NCBI RefSeq assembly: GCF_006345805.1
Contig: NC_042997.1
Location: 85,684,001-85,748,000 of the forward strand
Source: Octopus sinensis
Taxonomy: Eukaryota
Reading direction: 5' to 3'
DNA: 64,000 nt
Shown here: positions 25,721 to 39,659 of the stretch, one piece after another
Layout: every line of letters starts with the position of its first letter
How positions within the stretch are numbered: the stretch's first letter is position 1
Translations under genes and position numbers: made by a program
Notes under the pieces: generated by a model
What the model was told of the DNA's origin: nothing
The model's database searches: none
What the model saw: the letters and a program-made list of their open reading frames with translations, nothing else

Positions 25721-27985
25721 ATGGCTATTCAGGTTGGTTGTTTAAATGTACGTGGCCTGGTGTTGAGCTGGAAGCAAGGGCAGTTCCTAAATGACATTAG
25801 GTCACATGATTTGGATGTAATTGTTGCTACTGAAACCTAGATAAAGGGGCCAAGAGATTTGCTCCCACTCCTGAACGCTTACTAGAAATTCCTTTCTCCA
25901 GCCATTCTTCGGGCAAAAGTGGGTTGTTGGTCCTATTAAAAAGAAACTGAGTTTCAGAGAAAAGGTTAATTTTTTCTGATCCAGAATGTAGGCTGGTCGT
26001 CATGAACTTGACATTCAGTTGTGGTAAGACTATCAGACTGGTTGCAACTTATGCACCCAATTCAATTGGTCAAAGTGAGTATTTTCGTGTCCTGGAGAAG
26101 TTTCTGGGTACATCACATTCACTAGTTTTGTTTGGAGACTATAACACAATCTGTGATGCACACATAGATTATGTTGGCTCGAATACGAATAGGAAAGGTA
26201 ATCCTTGCTTCCGAGCTCTGCTTAGTCACTTTCAGCTAGCAGCTCCATATAGACTGGAATTCTCTAATACTCTATTGTGGACATGATCAAGCAGAAATGG
26301 GCCTTCAAACACAGGTCAAACACAGATAGAATTTTAATTAGAGAAATAGACAGAAATACAGCTAAGTGTCCACAGTTCATCTGGTCAGCTACAGGGATCA
26401 CAAGCTTGTCACCTGTAAGCTGAACGTAGATAGGCTATACAGTCAAGGTTCCAACTACTGGAAATTCAATACATACCTTTTGGTGATTGAAGAATACAGG
26501 AACCAGATTAAGATGTTAATACAGAGGGCATTGACTGGAACCATTATAAACAAGAAATGGTGGTATGCCCTCAAACGAGCCATTAAATTTGAGTCTATTA
26601 GATAAAGCTTAGGGTTAGTGACTAGAGAGTCTAGGAGGGAACTAGAATTAGTTAAGACCCCAGAGGAAGCAATGAGGACTGGCTCAGCATCCCAGATGAA
26701 GGTGAAGAGACTGGAATTAAACCAGCACCTTGAAGCCAAACACATGGGGTGCATTGTCAGAGGTAGACTTCGTGCAGTGGGTTGCAAGGCGATCAAGGTC
26801 ACTGGATGGGCCTGAGTAGTGGAAACCCAAAGTGGTTCAATCTTTGGTGAACCAACAAGGTGAGTTAATAAACGAACACAAGGAGATGTGTAAGACCTTT
26901 CAGGAGCACTTCACCCAGCTTTTTGTGGGGACCGGAGAGTAGAAGAGACCTAACAGATGGCCTGATTAGGGAGGCACAGACATGTGCTGTTTCTGGCAGA
27001 ACCATTCAGGATAATCTTCACCTTCTATGTTACATCTCAGAGGGATTTGATAGTAAATCTGGCAATGGTGAGGCACTGGTCCATTTAGACCAAGCTAAGG
27101 CATTCAATAGGGTTGACCATCGCTACCTGGTGTCTGTTCTTACACAGTTCAGCTTCGGTCTTGGCTTCCTTAGGTGGATCATACAAATAAACAACAACGT
27201 CGACTTGATCATTCAAGTGAATGGTTTTCTCTCAATGCTGTTCTACATCAAACATTCAGTTTGTCAAGGATATCCACTCTTACCACTTTTGTATGTAATG
27301 GCTCTTGAGCCATTGCTGCAAAAGTTGAGGGGCATCCTGAGAGAGCCGGCTTGTGGAGGATCGGTTTCAGCATATGTGGATGACATCACCATCATCGTGA
27401 CCGAAATGGAATACCTGCGGAGGATAGGTGAGACAATTAAGGATTACAAGATGGTGGCAGAAGCAAAGATTAATTGAGAAAAATCAGTTGGCTTGCAGCT
27501 CAGCACCTGGAGAGACAAGTCAATGCCTTCGAACAGCATCGTGGGATGTTGGACGGAGGGCCTGGTTAAGTTGTTAGAGGTTTGATTTGGTCCAGACTTC
27601 CAGATAGAGAAGAACTAGGCTGAGGTTTTGAGCAGAGTGACCCACATAGTAAAGACTTGGTCTTGGCAGTGGCTATCCCTGAAAGGGAGACTGGAGGTGG
27701 CCAATGTGTTTATCGCATCAGTCATCATCTAATGCCTAACTATCGTTCCTGGCCCAGCTACATGGTTAATCAAGCTGGAAAGACAGCTCTTCTGCTTCTG
27801 TGGTTGGGCTCGAAGCCGTTTGTAAGACACTCTATTTGCTATCAAAAACCATTAATGGGTGGACTGTGGATGCCTTGGCTGTTGATGCACAAACATATAT
27901 TGAGGTTGAGGCAACTGTGGCCGCACCTGGATAGTGAATGGGTGTGGTCTCCACTTGCAAAATGGATGTTTCCCAGGTTCACTTG
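25721..27985 (+). pseudogene. ORF2 (APE endonuclease plus reverse transcriptase) of the L1/Tx1 element, with stops, frameshifts and an internal deletion near 26940
   Basis: Motifs as above; sequence jumps from FQEHFTQLF directly to LIREAQTCAV. Confidence 0.85.
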
Positions 27986-28190
27986 TTTTGGTGTGTATGT
28001 GTGTGTGTGTGTGTGCATATATGTACATATATGTATATGCATATACACATATATACATATAGGCATATACATGCTTATACATATATGTATATAGATGCAT
28101 ATATATATTTATATGTATAGACATATGCTAGCATGGAAAGCGGACACTAAATGATGATACATATATGCATATACATGCATATATATATAT

Positions 28191-28257
<67 letters not shown>

Positions 28258-28581
28258 CATAAGCATATGAATATAGATACATATATATATATGTATACAC
28301 ATATATAACTACATATGTATATGTATTCTTTTATTTTTTTTATTTGCTTCAGTCATTTGCCTGCAGCCATGCTGGAGCACTGCCTTTAGTCAGACAATTC
28401 AACCCCAGGACTTATTCTTTGTACTTATTCTTTCTGTCTCTTTTGCCAAACTGCTAAGTACAGGGACGTTAACACACCAACATCTGTTGTCAATTAACAT
28501 TGGGGGGACAAACACAGACACAGAAATACATACATACATACACACAAATACACACACACACACATATATATATATACATAT

Positions 28582-28991
28582 ATATATATGAAAAAACAAG
28601 TCAAAAATAGAAAATGCTAAGATAATTTTATAGTGAATCTATCAGTACCGGTTTCGGTCATTTTGAGACCTTTTCAGCTGTAATGATTAAATAATTAAAT
28701 TTAGAAAAATTATAAGAAAAGTTTTTTTAAAGGAATATTTCTATAGTAGTGTTCAGATATAAGTGGCATTCTGCCTTTCTCTGACTCCCTTGTTTGCACT
28801 TGAATGCCACTTATATCTGAACACTACTATAGAAATATTCCTTTAAAAAAACTTTTCTTCTAATTTTTCTAAATTTAATTATTTAATCGTTACAGTTGAA
28901 AAGGTCTCAAAATGACCGAAACCGGTACTGATAGATTCACTATAAAATTATCTTAGCATTTTCTATTTTTGACTTGTTTTTTCATATATAT
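28582..28991. mobile_element. Fold-back element (190-bp arms, 30-bp spacer) with a minimal hammerhead-like motif in each arm
   Basis: Arms 28582-28771 and 28802-28991 are near-perfect reverse complements; motif CAG (C/T)TGAAAA GGTC TCAAAAT GACC GAAACCGGTA CTG. Confidence 0.88.
28893..28930 (+). ncRNA. Putative minimal type-I hammerhead ribozyme, U3/A8 core variant
   Basis: Stem I CAG/CTG, core TTGAAAA, stem II GGTC/GACC, GAAA, palindromic CCGG stem-III loop, GUA site at 28925-28927. Confidence 0.5.
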
Positions 28992-29032
28992 CAACTCGTG
29001 TGTTCCTTTCCACCCTTATACATATATATATG

Positions 29033-29066
<34 letters not shown>

Positions 29067-29340
29067 ATATATATATATGATGGGCTTCTTTCAGTTTCTG
29101 TCTACAAAATCCACTCACAAGGCTTTGCTCAGTCTGAGGCTATAGTAGTCGACACTTACTGAAGGTCCCACACAGCAGGACTGAACCCAGAAGTATGTGG
29201 TTGGTACACAAGCTACTTACACACAGCCACTCCTGTTCCTATGCATGTATTATATATATGTATATATATACATACATGTATATGCATATATATATATACA
29301 TATATATGTATATACATACATGTATATGCATATATACATA

Positions 29341-29389
<49 letters not shown>

Positions 29390-30509
29390 ATTTATATACA
29401 TATGTGTATATATATGTGTGTGTGTGTGTGTGTATGCATGTGCTTGCATGTGTAGTTAGTGTGTGTGTGTGCTTACATGTATCTGTGTGTGTATGTGTTT
29501 ACATGAGTCTATGTGGATATGTCACACTGAATGTCAGAGTAAAATGATTAACCAGAAGGAATTAATTGTCACAATGAACCCAATGGTACTGAACTTTTCC
29601 AAACCACCCACCTAATCTATACAGTAGATTTACTTTCTAATTGCTTCACTGATTTACATGGAATAATAGTAATAGCAATAGTTATAACCATTTTCCAGCC
29701 GACACATCAAAATCAGGAATTCTTTTAGTTTCAAGTGAACACAATTTTCATACAGAGTAGAAGGTAGGAATTATTTTCATATTTCCAATATTCAAAATTC
29801 TTATTTGTGTCATTTTTCAGCTTAAGGTTAGCTGTAATTGAATAGGTTTATGATCAAAAGTAATACACTTATGACCTGTTCCTCATATATTAACTATCAG
29901 TATATCTAAAATTATATTTTCCTATCTAATGTGACTGTTTTGCATGGTATTTTTTTATAAGACAGCAAGGTATGGTTGAAAAGAGTTGTGGTCGTTATTT
30001 TAACAGATTGAATGAACACATTGTGGCTTCCCTGTTTGGATTAATTCAATCTAGTTTTTATGATAAATAAATATTATAATTACCGGATCTATTTAAACAT
30101 GCAGTAATATATGGACATATGAATACTCACGCACACATCATACATACATACATACATACATACATACTTACATACATATGCAGGTACATACATACATCTG
30201 TCACAAATATTTTTTTTAACAAGCTCACTGGCTAATCATGACAGCAGTGCCTATTCTGGCACTGTTTTCCAATATATCACTGGTGCTTTCCTATATACCT
30301 CAAGCAGTCGAGTGTCCATTATTGATGAGAGCAAGGAAGGTTGAAATCACATGATCAAGTGGTCTCAGCACTGGGGATGGCAGGGATTTGTTTCTCCATC
30401 AGTAATATAAAGAAGAGTGCATTTTGCACCAAAAGTCAATATGAGAGTTTCTCTCGTGATATCTACCACAATACAGTTTGTTCTAAAAGAACATCCACAT
30501 TTGAGTAAG

Positions 30510-30576
30510 TAAGTAAGTAAGTAAGGAAGGAAGGAAGGAAGGAAGGGAGGGAATGATGGATAGATGATAGATGCAT

Positions 30577-30629
<53 letters not shown>

Positions 30630-30655
30630 CACACACACACACACATACACACACA
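30510..30655. repeat. (AAGT)n(AAGG)n and (CA)n microsatellites
   Basis: Direct reading. Confidence 0.95.
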
Positions 30656-31453
30656 AATATGTATATCATAAAGTTGCAAGCAAAGCTGTGTGGTTAATAA
30701 GCTTACTTCAAAACCATATGGCTTTAGGTTCAGTCCCACTGCAAAACAGCTTGTTCTTTAACTATAATCTTCATCTATAAGCCTCATATAGGGTTTTAAA
30801 CCAATGCTTAACTTCAGTTTCATAACATGAAGTGGATGACAAGTAGGCTACCTTATCTTTCACAGTTACTTTTCCCATATGACACAATAATTATTTCTGA
30901 CAGATAGGTGAAATGAACAAAGTATAGTCAAATGTTAATGAAACACATTGAAATGCCTGCACTCACTTTGAACTCACAACCTTAATATTGGTAGTCTAAT
31001 GTCTTATTTTCTTTACCATCTCATCAATATAAGAAGCCAGGATATCACTGCTTGCTTTTTCTTTACCGTTGCAAATTGAACTCAATGTTGCTACAAACTT
31101 GTAAATCACTCCTATATTCCATAATACTGTTGCAATTCATAACAGAATTTTATTATGCTTTACTACCAATATTTAACCAGGCAGACTGAATCATTCATTA
31201 GCACCACAGGGAGGGTGCAGAGAATGTGGACCACACTAGATGATACTATCACAGGAGATGATACAAAATGGGGTTTTATATGAAAAGTGACTTGTGAAAT
31301 GTAAATCTAAATGATAAATATAATGACTAAACTGTAGCTTGCAAGCTATATATAGCTCCTGAAGCTACAATGTGTAGCTCCCAGGAAAATACTGGATTTC
31401 AATGTTCTTTTCCCTAAAACGCTATTCCCTAGAAATGCTAGAACAGATATGTG

Positions 31454-31522
<69 letters not shown>

Positions 31523-31892
31523 ACTCTCTTTCAATATATAATTGGATGTGCATATCTATACATACTTATCCTAAATATAACTGTAGATGTATATGTAGGG
31601 ACTTTGCTTGGCCCTGCCTGAGATTTGAAACCTAATCCACTAGTTTGTTGGTAGAGTGGAAGTTGTGCTCTGCTGGTAGAGAGAGAAAGAGTAATGATTA
31701 CACTCTGCTGACAGAGAGGAAGAAAGGATTAAGATGGCAATATCCATTTTTGATCCTGGCCAAAAGGTGCTCTTTGTTCACCAACTGAAGAGAAGTGTTG
31801 CTCCTGGCCATGGCTGACACAACATGTATTCAATGCCAGTCAGTTAGACCAAAGAGGAAGAGAAGGAAATGCTCTGTGTTATGTAGTCTATG

Positions 31893-32197
31893 TGGAGGCA
31901 CAATGGCCCAGTGGTTATGGCAGTGGACACGCGGTCAGGAGATCGCGGTTTTGATTCACAGACCGGGTGTTCTGTGTGTTTATTGAGTGAAAACACCTAA
32001 AAGCTCCACGAGGCTCGGGCAGGGGTGGTGGTGCCCCTGTTGTACTCTTTCACCACAACTTTCTCTCACCCTCTCTTCCTGTTTCTTGAGTAACACTGCG
32101 ATGGACTGGCATCCCGTCCAGCTGGGGGGAACACATATGCCACAGAAACCGGGAAACTGGGCCCATGAGCCTGACTAGGCTTGAAAAGGGCGACGAC
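31893..32197 (+). mobile_element. Young tRNA-derived SINE with V-domain-like core and 14-bp TSD
   Basis: TGGCCCAGTGG A-box; GCGATGGACTGGCATCCCGTCCAG core; TSD TTATGTAGTCTATG at 31879-31892 and 32198-32211. Confidence 0.9.
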
Positions 32198-32709
32198 TTA
32201 TGTAGTCTATGGTCAGGATGTGGGTCAAATCTTAAACAAAGGACTGACTCTTCAGTGACCAGCAAAAGGTCTTAGGTCCAGTGTTTCCCATTAATCATCA
32301 GGTGTGGAGATGTAAATATAAAGAATTTCACACACTTGTTTGACAAGCAACAAACAAATAGATTTGGTTTCAAATCTCAAGCAGGGCCAAGTGAAGTCCC
32401 TACATATATATATATATATATATTTATCTTCTGTCTTTTGTTTGTTTCAGTCATTAGACTGCAACCATGCTAGGGTACCACCTTGAAGAAATTTTAGTCA
32501 AAGGAATTGACCACACTACTTATTATTTTGTTAAGTCTTATTCCATCAGTCTTTTTGCCTGATATAGTCATCTTAACCTCATGATACTATACTGCAAATG
32601 TTAATAGAAGGTTATGCATATGATAACAAATTTTTGATGTGTAGTCTCAGTTTTGTGAGTTTCTATATCACAGCTATTGCCTTTACCTACGAGATACATG
32701 ATTTTCAAG

Positions 32710-32859
32710 CAACAAGCTGTGTGCCAAGAAGCTTGCTTCCCAACTAATGGTTCCAAGTTCAGTCTCACTGTGTGGCACTTTGGGTGTCTTCAACTATAGC
32801 ACCAATTTGACTAAAGCCTTCTAAGTGGATTTTATAGATGAAAACTGGAAGAAGCCTGG

Positions 32860-32895
<36 letters not shown>

Positions 32896-33175
32896 CGTGT
32901 GTGTGTGTGCGTGTGTGTGTGTGTGTGTGTATGTGTGCGCACGTGCGTGTGTGCTTAGTGTCTGTGTTCGTCCCCCACCATTGCTTGACAGCTGGCATTG
33001 GTTTGTTTACATCCATTTAACTTAGCTGTTTGTCAAAAGAGACTGCTAGAATAAGTACCAGGTTTTAATAAAATAAGTCCTAGGGTTAATTAAGTTGACT
33101 AAAACAAAGAAATTCTTCAAGGTGATGCCCCAGCATGGCCACAGTCTAATGGCTGAAACAAATAAAAGATAAAAC
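32710..33175 (+). mobile_element. Full-length tRNA-derived SINE (11085 family) with internal (TG)n
   Basis: Head GCTGTGTGCCAAGAAGCTTGCTTCCCAAC...; tail CCAGCATGGCCACAGTCTAATGGCTGAAAC. Confidence 0.85.
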
Positions 33176-33379
33176 ATGACCAAATAGTGGTGGTGGTGGG
33201 TAATGATTGTGATGTTGATGGTGAGAAAAAGGAGGCAAATCGTACTGATAACGATCATACTTAGTACTTGATAAACAAATGATCAAATAAATAAGAATTA
33301 TAACACTGTCCCAAAGCTAAATATATGTTTAGTTGTATTTAAATTACCTGTTTTGTAAGATGCCTGGAGTCAGGATTTA

Positions 33380-33660
33380 TAATTTTGAAGATGCTGATAA
33401 TGATTTCATATTGATGATGATGATGTTGACAATCACAAAGATGATGACAATTATGATGATGATGATATTCATGATAATGACAACACTGACAAAAACGGTG
33501 GTGGTGGTGGTGGTGGTGGTAATAACAGTGGGGACCGTGGTTGTAGCAGCAGTGGAGACTATGGCAGTGAAGAGGATGATGCTGAGGTGGTGATAATGAT
33601 GATGATGAATGTGGTAGCGACAAAGGAGGAGGAAAGAGATAATAATAGTTGTGGCTTTAG
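33380..33660. repeat. (GAT)/(GGT) trinucleotide mosaic
   Basis: Direct reading. Confidence 0.9.
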
Positions 33661-34364
33661 AAAGCAGAATTTTGTTTAGAAAGAGGAACATTATATTGTT
33701 CTGCTTAAGACCAGATCAGCTTTGAATAAGCAGGCTTTGTGACCATATGTGCTCTGGCTGAGATCATCAAATTTTATTCAGATATAATGCAGTCAAATTA
33801 CAAAGTATATATATAATGCAGTGTAGACAAAAGCATATGATTTACAGAAGATTTTGCTGCTATTTCCAGCAGGTTAAGTGACTTGCATTCATAGTGAAAA
33901 TGAAATTGAGAATACTGATGCAGAAGATGAAGGGCATTAATCCTAACAATGGAAAAATGCAACACTGCCATGATGATGACAATGATGATGATGATGATGA
34001 TGATAATGATCATCAACATCGTTATCATTGTCATCACCATCATCATCATTTTGTTATCTCCAATGGTGTTCTTGGATGCCAAAAAATTCTTTTCTCACAC
34101 TGATGCACATGTCCAGAGCATCTGTACATTATTACATCACAGGGAATATTTGTTGTTTATTGACAAGTGCAACCATCCTATGCCATTTTAATTCAGGTTC
34201 TTTAGAGTTAACTTTCATTTCAGTATCAGCAGAATTATATAAGTTTACCTTTTTTCTAATTCTCCCTTGAGTTTGGGTTAATAATGCATGTTTTCACATT
34301 TTAATTTTATCACTGGGATCAAACTGGGCAGTTTCGAGAAAGATGTCAACTAGGAATTGCCTTT

Positions 34365-34690
34365 TCATTTTCTATTTTCAATTGCTCTGAAAGAAATTAT
34401 CTCCCTTAGACAATATGAAGTCACACTCCCTTGCTTAATAATGTAAAACACTTGAAACCTTAATATGTGGGTGCAAAGAGGGTAGAAGAGCTGTAAGTTT
34501 TGAAGTAGTTGTTCATAAATATTCTTCTCCTTAATGATTTTGGAAGGAATGTTCATATCTGCAAGGCAGCTGACCTCTAAAACTAAACAGGATGTTTTTT
34601 TGTTTTCATCCCAAATAATTATATCAGGCGTGTTACAATTTCATTTGATAGTAGTAAAATGGGAATGTTCAACCAATATTCCCTACACAG
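34365..34690 (-). pseudogene. Remnant of the restriction-like endonuclease C-terminus of an R4/Dong-type non-LTR retrotransposon
   Basis: Minus frames read YWLNIPI...TPDIIIWDENKKTSCLVLEVSCLADMNIPSKIIKEKNIYEQL (PD...E motif); paralogue at 40790-41120. Confidence 0.7.
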
Positions 34691-35129
34691 ATATTTATGT
34701 ATGTATTCAATAGCAGTGGTGGTGTCTAGGGTTTGTCTTAGGGAAGTCTTTACTGCAGATGACAATGTATAGTCTTTTAGCAACAACTCCATGTTTCAGT
34801 GGGAGATAACCTTAATGACATTTTGCAGCAACAGCTGATCACGCATGGGTGCACGTATGTGTGCATGTGTACTTTTGATACTGTAAATAAAAGCACCTTT
34901 TTGAAACATTCTGAAGAAACTTGGGTGTTCTGATAAATTTGTCTCTATGTTTAGATGAAAGTATGTGTCAGCATGGGTGGTAAACTCACAGATTCAACTT
35001 TGATTGAAAATTGTGTTAAGCAAAGAGATATACCAGCGCCAACTCTATTCGCATTGTACTTTGCTATGATTTCTTGATGGCTTTTGTGGGTAGTTTAAAT
35101 TGCTTGTACATCAGATAATGAACAAGTAG

Positions 35130-35290
35130 GATGTTGAATATTAGATTGTTTGGAGCCAAAACAAAATCTTTCTCATCACTAATGCATGAATTCATGTATG
35201 CTGATGACTGTGATCTTCTCGTTCAATCCCAAAGTGTCATACAGTATGTTATGGACTCATTCTAAACAGCATGCAGTGCTGTGAAAAGCT
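35130..35290 (+). pseudogene. RTE (BovB-like) reverse transcriptase fragment
   Basis: AKTKSFSSLMHEFMYADDCDLLVQSQSVIQYVMDSF*TAC, containing YADD. Confidence 0.75.
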
Positions 35291-35875
35291 TTACCAGCAT
35301 TCTGCTGCACTAAATCACATATGTTTATATAAATATATATAATTTAGAACATACAGATCAGATTTTCCTTCTATTTTTTCTTCTTTTTGCATTTAATACA
35401 TATATATTTTGAATAAGTAAACATTTAGAAAAAAAATTAATATCTTTCTTGGTTACTTGTAAAATAACAAAATCAATATATTTAAATAAATAAGACTAAA
35501 ATTTAATCATACAATTTTTAGTGCAAATAAATTCTACCAAAGCTAAATGATGATATCTATTCAAGCTTTAATATCATTAGTTTACTTATAAAGAAAAACA
35601 ACTCTTCATTTCTGGTTTTCTCTGCTTAACTTCCTTAATTTTTTCAAGTGTTTATCATCCTGTTTCCAATTTCTTTATATCTAAACTTTCCACCTGCTTT
35701 AATAATATTATTTTGGGATAAGAAGAAGAAAAAGAAATCACCAGAATTTCAATGATGGCAAGAGTGCAATTGAGTTTATAAAATTTGTGATCTAAAGACA
35801 AAAATAAAAGAAGCAGCATGTTTCCTTTAATTTTAGTCCTAACCTACTACCTTTATACATACATGCATACATACA

Positions 35876-35906
<31 letters not shown>

Positions 35907-36504
35907 TTGTATGTATACATGTATATAGATACGTACAAATATACATATTTATATGCATATATGTGTGTGAGTGTATGTATATTTATATCTGCACAATCAT
36001 ACATATATATGCATGTGTGTGTATGTGTATTAATAAATTTTAAATAAATATAAAAATAAATTTATTATTAAACAGTGAGTCATGAAATACGACTAATTAA
36101 AAATGTTGCTTATCTTGTAATAATTAAGTTACAGGTTCAAAACTGATATTAGATGTTTGAATGAAAGATTCCTTGTTCTATAAGTAATTTATTACTTGGT
36201 CTATGTAACATCTGGTTCACTGAGCGAAAACTTGACTCTACAAGAAAATAGACACTGCTCTTAGAGTATGGTGGAGTGATTGCCATTATACAAAAATGAC
36301 ATTGAAGCATAAGAAAACAGCTGCTTTTGAAACTAAAAAAGAATTGATGGAATATTTAAAACTCAACAAAGAAATGTGTTCATTCATTTCTTGTGATTCA
36401 ATGAACACAGAGTTAAGACTAGGATTCTCTCTGATGTTGGTGAGCAATAGTTGATTGAATTTAATTTAAATAGGTTTAGTCTTTGTTTTTGATTTTTCCA
36501 CTAT

Positions 36505-36830
36505 ACACAGGTGCAGGTGTGGCTGTGTGATAAGAGGTTTACTTCCCAACCACATGGTTCCCGGTTCGATCCCACTGCATGGCACCTTGAGCAAATGTCT
36601 ACTATAGCCTTGGACTAAGCAAGGCCTTTTGAGTGGATTTGGTACATGAAAACTGAAAGAAGTCTGTCATTCCATCTTTCTTTACATTCTGAGTTGGAAT
36701 TTCAACAAGGATGACTTTGCCTTTCATCCTTTCAAAGTCAACAAGATAAGTACCAGTTGAGTACTGGGGTCAATGTAATCAACTTACCCTTTCCCCTCAA
36801 TATTGCTGATCTTATGCCAAAATTTGAAAT
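36505..36830 (+). mobile_element. SINE head (11085 family) followed by a CTGAGTT-family SINE body
   Basis: GCAGGTGTGGCTGTGTGATAAG...GGTTCGATCCC; then TTTGCCTTTCATCCTTTC...AAGTACCAGTTGAGTACTGGGG. Confidence 0.8.
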
Positions 36831-39023
36831 CTATATAAAACCTAAATTTTTTTTAACTTTTCATGAGAAGCACATCAGGAATATTTTGTTTGATCTCCTG
36901 TGGACCATAAAGACTAAAAAATTTAGAATTACTTCTTATGGGTGGTTCAGCTTGCTAGAAATAGTTACATCTCCCTCAGATCACATTCTGCCATTTAAAA
37001 AAAAAGCTATGACACATTGCACAATGTAGCCCCAGATATATAGGAAAAAATAACAGGACAGGATGGTCACCACTAGAACATTTGTAATTATAGGGTCTGC
37101 TCAGTCAGGGCTGATCTGGAGCTAAACAACAAGACCAACTACACAACAATAACTTGTCTTGATAAACTGAGATAATTTTTAATAATGGCTGTTCACAGAA
37201 GCACAATGAAGCACCACTACTTACTGCAGATTTGAACTCACTTTCTATGAGTTTGTAGCCTAAGTAGGCAAATTGTACTGAAACATAATCCAGCCTTCAT
37301 AGTACTTTTTTTAACAATTTAGTCAGTGAGGAAGGTTAATGTTCATGATACCGCCCACATTTTTTTTCAGAGTCTGAGATTGGTGGGAAAAAAGGAAGAA
37401 CGTATCATTGAATAGGAAAGCTTATCCAAATACTTGCAGCAGAGAACCCTGCTAAAGGTACCCAAGAAGCAGGTGGTGGTGGTGGTGGTGGTGGCGGTAA
37501 TCATATTTCACCTCATTTATTGATGTTGTTTAACACCAGGTTATCTCTAACTGATAACACCCATAATCAAAGACATTCCAACCATGATCATCCTATCCTC
37601 GTTTCAGGTATAGTGTATTTAAGACAACACTATCTACTTCCCCTTTTCTTGAAAGAAGGAGTAACAAATTGCTATTTCTACAATCTTTAGAGTATATTTG
37701 AGGCAGATTTGGTTGATATATCCAGCAAATTGAGTAACCATATGGATGATTGTACTTTCTTTACAATAGTTTTTGTCCATAAAGGAATTTGAAGCCAGCA
37801 GTATAAGCTAACGGGACAGTTATTAATTACACAACACCTCTAAATGTAGTGATCATGTTCCAAAGATGAGAGAATTTAATCTACTTCTTCCAGAAATCCA
37901 TCTAAAATAGTCCATTCTATTCAATTCATAGTTGCTCATGCTGTTAATTACAGCAATATTGGAAGGAAGTAGAATAAAGCAGTACATTTAAATATCTAAC
38001 CCCATTGTCAGTCTGACATAGAAACTACAAGACAACACACTAGTATTCATTGGCTGACAGAAGTTCTGTGACTGAAGTAGGTAACTAGTTCTTTAATTTG
38101 GGTTGTCTTCTTTTACATGTTTTATAATTTCAAATCGACTCTTGCTTACAAAAACTCTTTGCTTAAAATCTGAAATGAGGAAATGTTGATTGCGAAAAAG
38201 AAGCTCTCACGGGCATCCTGTATTGAACTCTTTATAGTAGAAGACATAGATTTGTTGACCACCTAGCTGTAACTTAATTTCCTTTCTGGACTCACCATTG
38301 TCCACCACACACTGGAGTTGCTTTTGGTTGAATTGATAAGATATCAGACTGTTGTCCAAAGCAATGGTTGGTACTTAATCTTAGTAAGGTAGAGTCAGAT
38401 CCTGCAGTACTCAATGTCTCTCTCTCTCGATTTTTATTTATTTATTTATTTATTTTTTGTGCAAACTTCATTATTAAGCTCTGATTGATTTGATAAGGAG
38501 GATATGAATTAGCTATTTCTCCTTTTGTCTTCTTTTCAGGAGACATCAGCAGTTTGAGATTTCTGAATAAATCTTTTGTTACATAGTCCAGTGTATCCAT
38601 GACAATGATTATAAATTGAAAATTTATAGATATCACACAAAAGCTATTGTTTTGCAGATAGTTTATCATATATATCATATGTGTGTGTGTAAGGGAGATA
38701 ATCACTTCTAGATTAATCAATGGTGAAGCTAGAAGTCTAAATTTTAAATCAGAGAGTAAACAAAGACACACAGAATACAGAGTTAATTTTTTTTATTTAT
38801 TGAAGAATATCTTAAATTTTATTTGTCATAGGTAGCCATATATAGCACTGGTCCATTTTCCTATAGCAAAATTGAGCTTTTTATTGGAATGCCCCCAAAA
38901 TATTCCTTATCAAAGATATTTAACAACCTGTTAGATATAGAAACCAAAACTCCCTAAAAACTACATCCTACATCATAAAAATGGAAATATTGCAGAATGT
39001 GAGCCTATATACACAGTATCCAG

Positions 39024-39063
<40 letters not shown>

Positions 39064-39659
39064 CAAGATAATCATGACTAGATTGTTTTCTAATCACAGG
39101 TTTGCCTCTTCAGAGCTGATCATGGGTTAAACAACAACATAACCATGGCTGGTGGATCTCACCAGTCACCCAGTTATATGACACCACCTGATCCTTTAAT
39201 GCTTTTAGCAGTGTCCACTCTGTTGTAAATATTCAGGTCAGGTCTCCAATCAAAGAATAACGTTTTCCGTTCCTCTCACCTGTTTTGAAAGTCCTAAATA
39301 GCTGTCATTTCTCTTTTGACTAAAACTTTGTTTTTATCTTTTAGTGTATCCTGTTTTTTTTTTAATCCTTTTATCTTTTACTCAGGAAGAAAGGTCATGC
39401 TTACAATCCTTTACAGAACTTCTGATATTAATAGGAGAGCGGAGAAGAAAGAGTTCCCATACTAGAGACCTGGCCCTAAAGCTTGCAACAGAGTGGACAC
39501 TACCAAAAATTACCCAAGGTACCAGGTGGTGGTGTTAAATTAGGTGGCTGATTAAATCTATCACCCACATAGACTATGTCAAGATTTGAATTCAGAATAC
39601 AAAGAACCAGAACAAATACTGCAAGACATCTGGTCTGGCATTATTATAGTTCTGCCAAA

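Larger units (their letters stand above)
23990..27990 (+). mobile_element. Decayed L1/Tx1-clade non-LTR retrotransposon
   Basis: ORF1 with a CX2CX4HX4C knuckle (CFNCSKKGHIKAKC); ORF2 starts at ATG 25721 (MAIQVGCLNVRGL, APE) with VATYAPN and GDYN, and RT motifs GRTIQDNL, QGYPLLPLLY and YVDD (27373-27384); 3' end lost in (TG)n. Confidence 0.9.
28330..29240 (-). mobile_element. tRNA-derived SINE (11085 family) split by the fold-back element at 28582-28991
   Basis: Tail half 28330-28530 and head half 29080-29240 flank the inverted repeat inside the central microsatellite. Confidence 0.85.

Noticed and set aside
38296-38401. Minus-strand exon candidate with a GTGAGT donor
   Set aside because: The acceptor lacks a polypyrimidine tract and no homology was recognised
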